Assembly: GCA_035544495.1 (NCBI GenBank)
Contig: DATKEU010000418.1
Coordinates: 1-52,808, forward strand
Direction: 5' to 3'
DNA: 52,808 nucleotides
Source: Polyangia bacterium
Lineage (GTDB): Bacteria; Myxococcota_A; Polyangia; Fen-1088
Part shown: positions 9,162-17,043 of the stretch, one piece after another
Layout of the letters: each line of letters opens with the position of its first letter
Position numbering within the stretch: the first letter of the stretch is position 1
The notes under the pieces: model-generated
What the model was told of the DNA's origin: nothing
The model's database searches: none
The model's input: the letters and a program-made list of their open reading frames with translations, nothing else
Translations under genes and position numbers: made by a program

Positions 9162-11269
9162 GAGCCTTCGCGAGAGTGGCGCTGGTCCTGCCGCTGGCGA
9201 CGGTCGCGTGCGTCTCCAGCGAGATTGGCAATCCGCCCGGCGGTGGCGGCGCCGGCGCGTCCGCGACCGGCGCGGGCGGAACGACGATGGGTGGCACCGG
9301 CACCAGCGGCAGCGGCGGCGCCTCGGGCGCGGCGGGCGCCCCCGCCGGCGGGGGCATGCCGGAGAACACCAGCTTCGCTTCCGGCGTGCGCGTTCACCTG
9401 CAGCGCACGTACGGCGCGCCGAAGCTCGTCTCCTTCGGTCTGCCCGTTCCGCCGGGCGCCGTGAAGAACGCCTCCGACGTCCGCTTCAGCGTGAGCGGCG
9501 CCGCGACGACCGCCAGCGTGAAGGCGCTGCTCGCCGAGCACGACGCGAACGGCGCGCCGATCGGCGTGCGCGCGCTTCTGGTCCAGCTCCCGGCCACAAT
9601 CCTCGCCGGCGACAGCGCCGACGTGGACGTCACCTGGAGCGGCGGCGCCGGTGCCGCCGCCAGCGGCGCCATGACGCTGTTCGCGTCCGCCGACGTCAGC
9701 GCCGACGCGCCCGAAGTGGTCCCCACCGCGACCCGATCGATCACGTCAATGGGCGGCACGAACCTGCTGGTCGCCAGCACCCCCGTGATGAGGACCCTCT
9801 TCACCGGCCACGAACCGCGCGTGCTGGCGACGTTCCCCGACGGCTATCTCGCCGCCACCGGCCTGCTCGGGCACCAGGTCACCGACGGCGCCGCCGCGGC
9901 CCCCGACAGCGCCGGCCTGTCTTTTCTCTCCGACCAGGTCAAGCGGTTCGGCGCCTCCGCGATGTACGCCGAGGACTATCCCGTCAATCCCGACAGCATC
10001 GTCGATCCGGTGGTGAACTATGAAGGCTGGCTCTACGATCGCTGCGCCACCTTCCTGACGTTCTACACGCACACCGGCGACGCGCGCTTCCTTCGCCATG
10101 CGTACCGGAGCTGCTCGTACTACGCGAGCAAGATCGTGCTTGCGGGCGCGAACGCCGGCACCTTCAGCGGCAAGCCCGACCCCGACAGCAAGTACTCGCA
10201 CCTGCGCGGGCTCTACGCCTACTACGCCCTCACCGGCGACGAATCGGCGCTGGCCGCCGGCCAGGCCATCGCCGCGCTCTGGCTCCAGGACGACACGTTC
10301 GTCGGCCCTTATCGGATGGGTCACCTGCGCGGCGTCGACAAGCTCTGGACGGAGCGCCTCCTCGGGACCAGCCTCGAGGGCCTGTACTACGGACACCGCC
10401 TGACCGGCGACGTCCAGTACCTGGCGGCCTTCAAGCAGATGCTGGACACGGCCACCCGCCACATCACGGGTGACGCCGCCGCGCTCGCGTCCATCAACCC
10501 GGGTGTGGGCCCGTTCCCGCCGCAGAACTGCTTCATCCACTCCGCCCTCCAGCACGACGAGGGCGCCGCCACCGATCCCTGGTGCTCGATCTGGATGAGC
10601 GAGCTGACCATCGATTCGCTGCTGCAGTACCAGGCGCAGACGAAGGATCCGCGCGTCGACGAGATCTTCGTGCGGCTCGTCCGCTTCCTGCGCGACGTCG
10701 GCTCGCAGTACGTCGTCGCCGACGTCGAGGGCGACTCGTTCCTCAATCCCAAGTCCTGCTACGACCCGACCGCCGGCAACGTCCGCCGCCTCTCGCCGCT
10801 TTACGGCTCGGGCCTGGACGCGGCCCAGATGCGCCACAACTTCGGCCTCTCCGACGACGTCGAGCACTGCACGGACGCGACCGCGCTCACCGCCGCCGGC
10901 ATCCGCGCGCTGGTGCGCCAGGGAAAGTTCGCCGACAACCCGATCGGCCCCTTCGCCAGCGAGGGTGAATCGTTCGTGGCCCTGCACCACGAGTTCGCCG
11001 CCTGCGCCAAGCAGACCTTCGCCGATTGGACCCGGCCGCATCGCGATCCCGCCACCTGGACCAGCGCCGATCTGGCCCGCGGCCTCGCCGACCCGGCCAA
11101 GTTCGTCTCCGACAACTTGATCGGCTACCCGAAGTACGTGTCGACCCCGCAACGAAAGCTCTCCTGGTGGTTCAACATGTCGATGCTCCAGTTCGGCCTG
11201 CTGGCGGACGCGGGCGTGAAGATCCCGGCGCTGCAGCCCGGCCGCATCCAGCCCGCGGGCTGCAAGTGA
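9158..11269 (+). CDS. Lipoprotein of unknown function (703 aa)
   Basis: ATG 9158 overlaps the upstream stop as ATGA (9158-9161). Lipoprotein signal 'MRAFARVALVLPLATVAC' is followed by a Gly/Ser/Thr tether. Third-position GC is high throughout. I cannot name a family; the helix-rich centre ('YYASKIVLAG...LRGLYAYYALTGDESALAAGQAIAALW') might be an alpha/alpha-toroid glycan-active fold, but that is speculation. Confidence 0.6.
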   Translation: MRAFARVALVLPLATVACVSSEIGNPPGGGGAGASATGAGGTTMGGTGTSGSGGASGAAGAPAGGGMPENTSFASGVRVHLQRTYGAPKLVSFGLPVPPGAVKNASDVRFSVSGAATTASVKALLAEHDANGAPIGVRALLVQLPATILAGDSADVDVTWSGGAGAAASGAMTLFASADVSADAPEVVPTATRSITSMGGTNLLVASTPVMRTLFTGHEPRVLATFPDGYLAATGLLGHQVTDGAAAAPDSAGLSFLSDQVKRFGASAMYAEDYPVNPDSIVDPVVNYEGWLYDRCATFLTFYTHTGDARFLRHAYRSCSYYASKIVLAGANAGTFSGKPDPDSKYSHLRGLYAYYALTGDESALAAGQAIAALWLQDDTFVGPYRMGHLRGVDKLWTERLLGTSLEGLYYGHRLTGDVQYLAAFKQMLDTATRHITGDAAALASINPGVGPFPPQNCFIHSALQHDEGAATDPWCSIWMSELTIDSLLQYQAQTKDPRVDEIFVRLVRFLRDVGSQYVVADVEGDSFLNPKSCYDPTAGNVRRLSPLYGSGLDAAQMRHNFGLSDDVEHCTDATALTAAGIRALVRQGKFADNPIGPFASEGESFVALHHEFAACAKQTFADWTRPHRDPATWTSADLARGLADPAKFVSDNLIGYPKYVSTPQRKLSWWFNMSMLQFGLLADAGVKIPALQPGRIQPAGCK

Positions 11270-12837
11270 GCAAGCCCCGCCTCGCCGCCGCCACCGCCTT
11301 CCTCGCGCTCGCCATCTCGGCGGGACGTGCCGCGGCCACCGCCTACGTGGTCGCGCCCACGGGGGACGACAGCGCCGCCGGGAGCTCCGCCGCGCCCTGG
11401 AGGACGCTGCAGAAAGCAGCCGGCAAGGTGATGGCCGGCGACACGGTCACCGTGCGCGACGGGACCTACGCCGGATTCGCGTGCAACGGGCGCAGCGGAA
11501 CGGCCACGGCCCGCATCGTCTTCACGGCCGAGAACAAGGGCGGCCCGAAGATCACGTCGCCGGGAGTGGGTGCCGACGACCAGGACTTCATCCAGCTCGC
11601 ATCGTGCAGCTACGTGACCATCGACGGCTTCGAGGTCTCGGGCGCGCCGCGCTCGGGCATCGCGATCCTGGGCAATGCCAACGACGGCTCCGACGCGCGC
11701 GGCGTGGTGATCCAGAACAACCACAGCCACCACAACGGAGGGCCGGTCGCCCATGGCCGGCACGACGGCATCTTCAGCGGCTTCGCGCTCGACCTCACCA
11801 TCCAGAACAACGAGGTCCACGACAACAGCGAGCACGGCATCTACGTCTCGAACGCCGCCGACAACCCGATCATCCGCCGCAACCACGCGCACGACGTCGG
11901 CGTGAACTGCGTCCAGATCAACGCCGACCTCTCGACCGGCGGCGACGGGCTGATCTCCGGCTGGCTCATCGAGGACAACGTCGTCCACGGCTGCGGCTCC
12001 GCCGGTTTCAACCTGGACGGCGCGATCCGCGGCGTCATGCAGAACAACCTGGCGTACGACTGCGCGAAGGGCGGGGTCACGCTGTTCCAGGGCGACGGCG
12101 CCCAGGCCTCGCACGACAACCTCATCGTCAACAACACCATCTACAATCCCGGCGGATCGCGGGCGGCGTTGCAGGTCGCCAACGGCGCCAACAACAACGT
12201 CGTCTTCAACAACATTCTTTACGCGCAGGCGATCGGGCTCGAGATCCAGACGGTCACCGGGCTGGTGCACGACTACAACTTCGTCTCCAGCTACGCGGGC
12301 GGCGTCGCGGCGGCGCACGAGACGACGGCGGCTCCGGCGCTGCTGTTCATGAACGTCCCCGCCCGCAACCTGAGCCTCGCCCCGGCTTCCCCGGCGGTGG
12401 GCAGCGGCGTGGCCACGCTGGGGGGCAAGGCAGCGCCCGCCGTGGACATCGAAGGCAACGAGCGCCCAGCCGCCGGCGCCCCCGATCGCGGCTGCTTCGA
12501 GGGGAGCACGAACGGCCTCGGTCTCACGATCGGAGAAGGCCCGAGCAGCGGCGGAACCGACGCCGGGACCGGAACGGGTCGCGCGACGGGGGGCGGCGCC
12601 GTGACGAGCTCGGACGCGGCGACGATGACGAGCACACCACCGGGAACGAGCAGCTCACCCGGATCAGGTGGCGGCGCGACGGGAACGGGCGGTGCGGCGG
12701 CTGGCGCTGCCGCCGGGACCTCGGAGCTCACCGGCTGCGCCTGCCGCGCCTCCAAACCCGGAGCTCCGGGATCCTGGGCCGCGCTGGGCGTCATGGTGCT
12801 CGCCTTCGCGCGGCGCCGCCGGCGCGGCCAGCCGTAG
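11266..12837 (+). CDS. Right-handed parallel beta-helix (pectate-lyase fold) surface protein with a MYXO-CTERM-like tail
   Basis: GTG 11266 overlaps the upstream stop as GTGA. Signal 'VSKPRLAAATAFLALAISAGRAAA'. The N-cap reads 'YVVAPTGDDSAAGSSAAPWRTLQKAAGKVMAGDTVTVRDGTYAGF'. Stacked rungs include 'VVIQNNHSHHNGG', 'LTIQNNEVHDNSEHGIYV', 'IIRRNHAHDVG', 'WLIEDNVVHGCG', 'VMQNNLAYDC', 'LIVNNTIYNPG' and 'VVFNNILYAQ'. The tail reads 'LTGCACRAS...ALGVMVLAFARRRRRGQP' (Cys codon 12736-12738). Confidence 0.7.
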   Translation: MSKPRLAAATAFLALAISAGRAAATAYVVAPTGDDSAAGSSAAPWRTLQKAAGKVMAGDTVTVRDGTYAGFACNGRSGTATARIVFTAENKGGPKITSPGVGADDQDFIQLASCSYVTIDGFEVSGAPRSGIAILGNANDGSDARGVVIQNNHSHHNGGPVAHGRHDGIFSGFALDLTIQNNEVHDNSEHGIYVSNAADNPIIRRNHAHDVGVNCVQINADLSTGGDGLISGWLIEDNVVHGCGSAGFNLDGAIRGVMQNNLAYDCAKGGVTLFQGDGAQASHDNLIVNNTIYNPGGSRAALQVANGANNNVVFNNILYAQAIGLEIQTVTGLVHDYNFVSSYAGGVAAAHETTAAPALLFMNVPARNLSLAPASPAVGSGVATLGGKAAPAVDIEGNERPAAGAPDRGCFEGSTNGLGLTIGEGPSSGGTDAGTGTGRATGGGAVTSSDAATMTSTPPGTSSSPGSGGGATGTGGAAAGAAAGTSELTGCACRASKPGAPGSWAALGVMVLAFARRRRRGQP

Positions 12838-13024
12838 GCCGACCGAACCCCGCCCAGCGCTCACCACCCGCCTGACCGCGCGGTGGTCGTGCAAGTGCGC
12901 GAACGACCGAGGGAAGTCGTCATTGGCCCGACCCTGGCGGCGTTTTTAAATCGGCGGTCGGACCAATTGCCTTTTGATCACAACAGCTTGACCTATGTTA
13001 CCGGTATCGAGGTACATTAGGAAC

Positions 13025-14728
13025 ATGCGAGCAACGGCTCTTGGTCTGATGTTGATCGCAGCGGGTTGCTCCGGCGCGATCGGAGACTTTCCGAGCGGAC
13101 CCGGCTCTGAGCCTGGTGGCTCGGGGCCTGGCACCACGGGCGGCGGCGGTGGTCCGGTTGCGCCCGTCGGGCCCGGCGCCGAGATGCCCAGCCCGCGCCT
13201 GCTGCGACAGCTGACGCTCAGCGAGTACCGCAACACCGTCGGCGATCTGCTTCAGATCAGCAACCCCGACACGACCAATATTCCGGCCGACGTGCCCGTG
13301 CGCGGCTTCACCACCAATACCGCCAGCGCGTTCATCGATCAGAGCAACGTCGACCGCTACCAGTCGGTCGGCGGCGCCCTGGCCGACCGCGCGATCACGG
13401 AGTCCTTCGCGAAGCTGGTTCCCTGCCAGACGACGGACAGCGCCTGCGCCGGCAAGTTCGTCGAGACGTTCGGCCTGCGCGCCTTCCGCCGCCCGGTGAC
13501 CCCCGACGAGAAGACGCGCTACCTGGCGCTGTTCGATCCCACGCTGACCGGCGGCGACTTTCCGACCGGCGTCGGCCTGGTCATCAAGACCATGCTGATC
13601 TCGCCCTTTTTCCTGATGCGCAGCGAGCTCGGCGATCAGATGAACAACGGCCAGATCGTGTTGACGCCGTACGAAATCGCCAGCGCGCTGTCGTACGGTT
13701 ACACGGGCTCGATGCCCGACGACGCGCTCTTCGCCGCCGCGCAGAGCGGGGCGCTGGCGAGCAAGAGTGAGATCGAGACGCAGGCCCGCCGGTTGGTGGC
13801 GTCGGACCGCGGGCGGGCGCGCATCGCCGCCTTCGCCGGCGAGTGGATGGAGGCCTCGCGCGCGTTCGTCGCGACCAAGGATCCGATGACCTTCCCGGCG
13901 TTGAAGGACGCCGCGACCAGCGCCGCCATCGTCGACGCGATGAAGGCAGAGTCCGATGCCTTCTTCACCAGCGTCGCCTACGACGGGACGAAGAAGTGGG
14001 ACGAGCTGTTCTCGGCCAATTACACCTTCGCCAACGATCGCCTGGCGGCGTACTACGGGCTGCCGATGCCGGGGTCGCCGGACAAGGCCGTGAAGGTGAC
14101 GCTGCCGGCGGGATCGCCCCGCGGCGGGCTGCTGACGCTGGGGATGTTCCTGTTCGGCCACGCTCGCGCCGACCAGTCGTCGCCCACGCAGCGCGGGCAC
14201 GTCATCCGCGCCAACATCTTCTGCACCGACGTGGCGCCACCGCCGCCCGGCGTGGACGCCACCGTGAAGCCGGGCACGCCGGGCAACACCGGCCGCGAGC
14301 AGATCGAGGCGCTGACCGGATCGGGCAGCTGCAACGCCTGCCATAGCCTGATGAACCCCATCGGATATGGGCTGGAAGGCTTCGACGGCGCCGCGCAGGT
14401 GCGCACGATGGATCACGGGGAGATGGTCGACACCTCGGGCGTCATCAACGGCGTGTTCGCCCAGCCGCTCGCCTTCAACGGTCCTCGAGCGCTGTCGACG
14501 ATCGTCGCTGGCAACAAGGACGCGCAGGCCTGCCTGGCCAAGAACTATTACCGGTACGTGCGCGGGTTCGACCCGATACAGACCGGCGTCAGCGCGGACG
14601 GCAACGCCGTCGAGCTTTTGGGGCGGGACTTCGCCAGCGGCAACCTGGACATGACGGAGATGTTCGTGCGCGTGGCGCTGCAGAACTCGTTCACCGTTCG
14701 TCGGTCCGTGGAGGCTTTGAACCGATGA
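13025..14728 (+). CDS. DUF1592/DUF1587/DUF1588/DUF1585-family lipoprotein (full-length paralogue of 2..1396)
   Basis: ORF 12995 is trimmed to ATG 13025, giving the lipoprotein signal 'MRATALGLMLIAAGC' plus a Gly-rich tether. Family blocks include 'LRQLTLSEYRNTVGDLL', 'FGLRAFRRPVTPDE' and 'LISPFFLMRSE'. The C-terminus reads 'CNACHSLMNPIGYGLEGFDG', with CxxCH at 14330-14344. Confidence 0.7.
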   Translation: MRATALGLMLIAAGCSGAIGDFPSGPGSEPGGSGPGTTGGGGGPVAPVGPGAEMPSPRLLRQLTLSEYRNTVGDLLQISNPDTTNIPADVPVRGFTTNTASAFIDQSNVDRYQSVGGALADRAITESFAKLVPCQTTDSACAGKFVETFGLRAFRRPVTPDEKTRYLALFDPTLTGGDFPTGVGLVIKTMLISPFFLMRSELGDQMNNGQIVLTPYEIASALSYGYTGSMPDDALFAAAQSGALASKSEIETQARRLVASDRGRARIAAFAGEWMEASRAFVATKDPMTFPALKDAATSAAIVDAMKAESDAFFTSVAYDGTKKWDELFSANYTFANDRLAAYYGLPMPGSPDKAVKVTLPAGSPRGGLLTLGMFLFGHARADQSSPTQRGHVIRANIFCTDVAPPPPGVDATVKPGTPGNTGREQIEALTGSGSCNACHSLMNPIGYGLEGFDGAAQVRTMDHGEMVDTSGVINGVFAQPLAFNGPRALSTIVAGNKDAQACLAKNYYRYVRGFDPIQTGVSADGNAVELLGRDFASGNLDMTEMFVRVALQNSFTVRRSVEALNR

Positions 14729-16185
14729 CAAAGATCATCAGACGGCGGGGCATCCTGAAAGGCCTGGCGGCCAGCGGCCTCGCGGCGCCGCTGGGCCAGC
14801 TGTTCCGAATGCACACCGGACGCGCGGCGAGCGCGGCGCCGGTGCCGAAGGTGGTGTTCTTCTACACCCCGTGCGGCGTCGAGCTGCCGCTGTGGCACCC
14901 GACGCAGACCGGAACGACGTTCACGTTGCCGCGCCTGTCGGCGCCGCTGCAGCCGCTGGCATCGGAGTGCATCTTCATGGACGGCATCTCGATGGTGCCG
15001 CTGACCGATCACCAGGGCGGGTCGCAGCAGATGCTGGCCGGCGACGACAGGGACGTCAAGACGATCGACCTGCAGCTGGGAGATTTCCTGCAGCAGATGA
15101 CGCCGATCCGTTTTCTGGAGCTGGGCGTTCAATCGCGCATCAGCAAGGGCGGAACGCCCACGGTCCCGCACCCGCACTTCACGCGCGAGTCGCTGGCTCA
15201 CGAGATCTTCGCCGAGGACAACCCGCTGGCCGCCTTCGGTTCGACGTTCATGAGCGGCGCGACCAGCAGCACGCCGAGCACGACGCCCGACGCGATGGCG
15301 GCCGTGATGCGGCTGGCGAAGCAGCGCAAGAGCATGCTGGACATCGCCACCGCGGATCTCGGGTCGCTGTCCAGCAAGCTGCCGAACTCGGAGAAGAACA
15401 AGATCGCGTCGTACACCGACGCGATCCGGTCGCTGGAGATGCGGCTCACCGATCCGGCCAACCTGCCCAACACGGCGATGTGCACGGATTTCTCCAGCTT
15501 CAACCCGACCATGTTCACCGTCCCGCCGGTGGGCGATCCCAACCAGGCGAGCTATGAACAGACCGCCAGCCAGGGGACGGTCGCGGACCTGCAGATGGAG
15601 GTCGCGCGACTGGCGCTGGCCTGCGGCCGCACGCGCGTGGTGACCTTGCTGTACGGGCACACCAACGCGCACAACCCGATCCAGGGGCTGGGGCCGTTCG
15701 GCGTGCACGACGCTTCTCACTACAATGCCCCGCCCGGACAGCTGACGGGCAACGCCACGCCGGAGCAGGTCAACGCCAAGCTGACCGCCTGGCGCAACTA
15801 CCGCGAGTGGTACGCGCAGAAGCTGGCGCAGTTCGTGACGGCGATGAAGAACACACCCGATCCGATGGGCGGCTCGCTGCTGGACACGACGATCATCCTG
15901 CACTGCTCGGAGCTGGGCGACGGCGGCCCGCACAAGACCGATCGCGTGCCGTTCGTGTTCATCGGCGGCCGCGCCTATGGGTTCAAGCTGGGCCAGGCGC
16001 TGAACTTCAACGGCGCCGTGCCGGCGTACACCGCGGGCGCGCACAGCGGGCAGCGCTATATGTCGCACTCGCCGCTGCTGACCATCGTCGCGCAGAAGAT
16101 GGGCCTGCCGCTGACGGGCAAGTTCTTCGGGTTCTCCGGCCCGCAGGCACTGGACCCGGCTGGCCTGAACATCCTCTCCAGCTAG
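14725..16185 (+). CDS. DUF1552-family protein with twin-arginine signal (paralogue of 1398..2777)
   Basis: The ATG overlaps the upstream stop as ATGA (14725-14728). Tat-type signal 'IIRRRGILKGLAASGLAAPL'. It is collinear with 1398..2777. Confidence 0.75.
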   Translation: MTKIIRRRGILKGLAASGLAAPLGQLFRMHTGRAASAAPVPKVVFFYTPCGVELPLWHPTQTGTTFTLPRLSAPLQPLASECIFMDGISMVPLTDHQGGSQQMLAGDDRDVKTIDLQLGDFLQQMTPIRFLELGVQSRISKGGTPTVPHPHFTRESLAHEIFAEDNPLAAFGSTFMSGATSSTPSTTPDAMAAVMRLAKQRKSMLDIATADLGSLSSKLPNSEKNKIASYTDAIRSLEMRLTDPANLPNTAMCTDFSSFNPTMFTVPPVGDPNQASYEQTASQGTVADLQMEVARLALACGRTRVVTLLYGHTNAHNPIQGLGPFGVHDASHYNAPPGQLTGNATPEQVNAKLTAWRNYREWYAQKLAQFVTAMKNTPDPMGGSLLDTTIILHCSELGDGGPHKTDRVPFVFIGGRAYGFKLGQALNFNGAVPAYTAGAHSGQRYMSHSPLLTIVAQKMGLPLTGKFFGFSGPQALDPAGLNILSS

Positions 16186-16290
16186 CTCGCGAGCTGTTCC
16201 TTCACGTTCCGTCGCGAGCTCTCTCGCACGCTGACAGCGCGGCGGCCTGCATCGGCACACCGCCCGTTACCGCAGCGCGGAGCTCGCGAC
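16184..16290. repeat. Cluster of AGCTCGCG-type palindromes and inverted repeats in an intergenic region
   Basis: A perfect 12-nt palindrome 'agctcgcgagct' sits at 16184-16195 and overlaps the TAG stop. 'gtcgcgagctc' (16211-16221) and its exact reverse complement 'gagctcgcgac' (16280-16290) are 58 nt apart. The direct repeat 'cagcgcgg' occurs twice inside. Confidence 0.8.
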
Positions 16291-16364
16291 TGACTCTGGA
16301 TCGCGCGGCGCCGCCGAGGAGATCTTCTCCGCGCATCGTGCGTCTGCAGGCTCCGGAGGTCGCC

Positions 16365-16988
16365 ATGAAACGTCCCATCTTCGAGCTGTTTGTCGCCGCC
16401 CTTTGCCTGTCCCTGCCTTTGTCCCGCGCCGCCACCGCCGCCGATGACTTCAACCGGCTGCCCACCGTCAAGGGCGACGCGCCGAGCCCACTGCTGCTCC
16501 GGATCGTGAAGTACGAGGGATCCACCAACGGCTCGATCACCGTCGACGTCAAGAACCCCACCGGCCAGCCCCAGGATTTTTCGGCCAAAGGCGTCTACTT
16601 CGTCCCCCAGGGCAACGCCAACGACGCCCCCCAGCGCCTGGGCGCCGTCGGTCCCTTCAAGGTGCTCGGTGAACGCGGCGCCGAGCGGCGCGAAGAGATC
16701 ACCATCGCGCCGGGCGCAGTCGAGCGGATGGCCCTGGACGTCTACTGCATCGACTCGCACAGGGCGAGCCCGGGCCCGGCGACTTCGTTCCGCGTCGCCA
16801 AGGACCGCGTCCCCCCGGTGCTGATGCGGGCCATCGACAGCGACGCCACGCACGCGGCCAGCGCCTATGGAGGCGTGTCGGCGGCGCGGGCCAAAGCGGC
16901 AGTGCAATCGGAGGTCTGGAAGAACCGCGACAAGCAGTGGATCGAGCTCGACGGAGAGGGCCGGCAGGAGACCGGCAAGCGGCGCTGA
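16365..16988 (+). CDS. Secreted protein of unknown function (207 aa)
   Basis: ATG 16365 has GGAGG 5 nt upstream. Sec signal 'MKRPIFELFVAALCLSLPLSRAATA'. Third-position GC is high. No recognisable motif. Confidence 0.55.
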   Translation: MKRPIFELFVAALCLSLPLSRAATAADDFNRLPTVKGDAPSPLLLRIVKYEGSTNGSITVDVKNPTGQPQDFSAKGVYFVPQGNANDAPQRLGAVGPFKVLGERGAERREEITIAPGAVERMALDVYCIDSHRASPGPATSFRVAKDRVPPVLMRAIDSDATHAASAYGGVSAARAKAAVQSEVWKNRDKQWIELDGEGRQETGKRR

Positions 16989-17043
16989 CGGGTCGGCCCA
17001 CTTCCATCCGGCTGGTTAGTTCGCTATCGTCCGAACGGCGAGG

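Noticed and set aside
12998-14731. A 577-aa minus-strand ORF that exactly mirrors the plus-strand DUF1592-family gene. Many similar long antisense or out-of-frame ORFs exist, for example 296..1705(-), 1380..2678(-), 7194..8780(-), 9746..11152(-), 14548..16260(-), 18585..20198(-), 21801..22946(-), 23286..24917(+), 26735..28522(+), 34756..36198(+), 38366..40081(+), 40267..43803(+), 47385..48821(-), 50650..51945(-) and 51492..52757(-).
   Set aside because: These are shadow ORFs, as expected when third-position GC is extreme and stop codons are rare in several frames. Their translations are Arg/Ala/Gly/Pro-rich low-complexity strings with no motifs. The opposite or alternate frame carries clear family signatures in each case.
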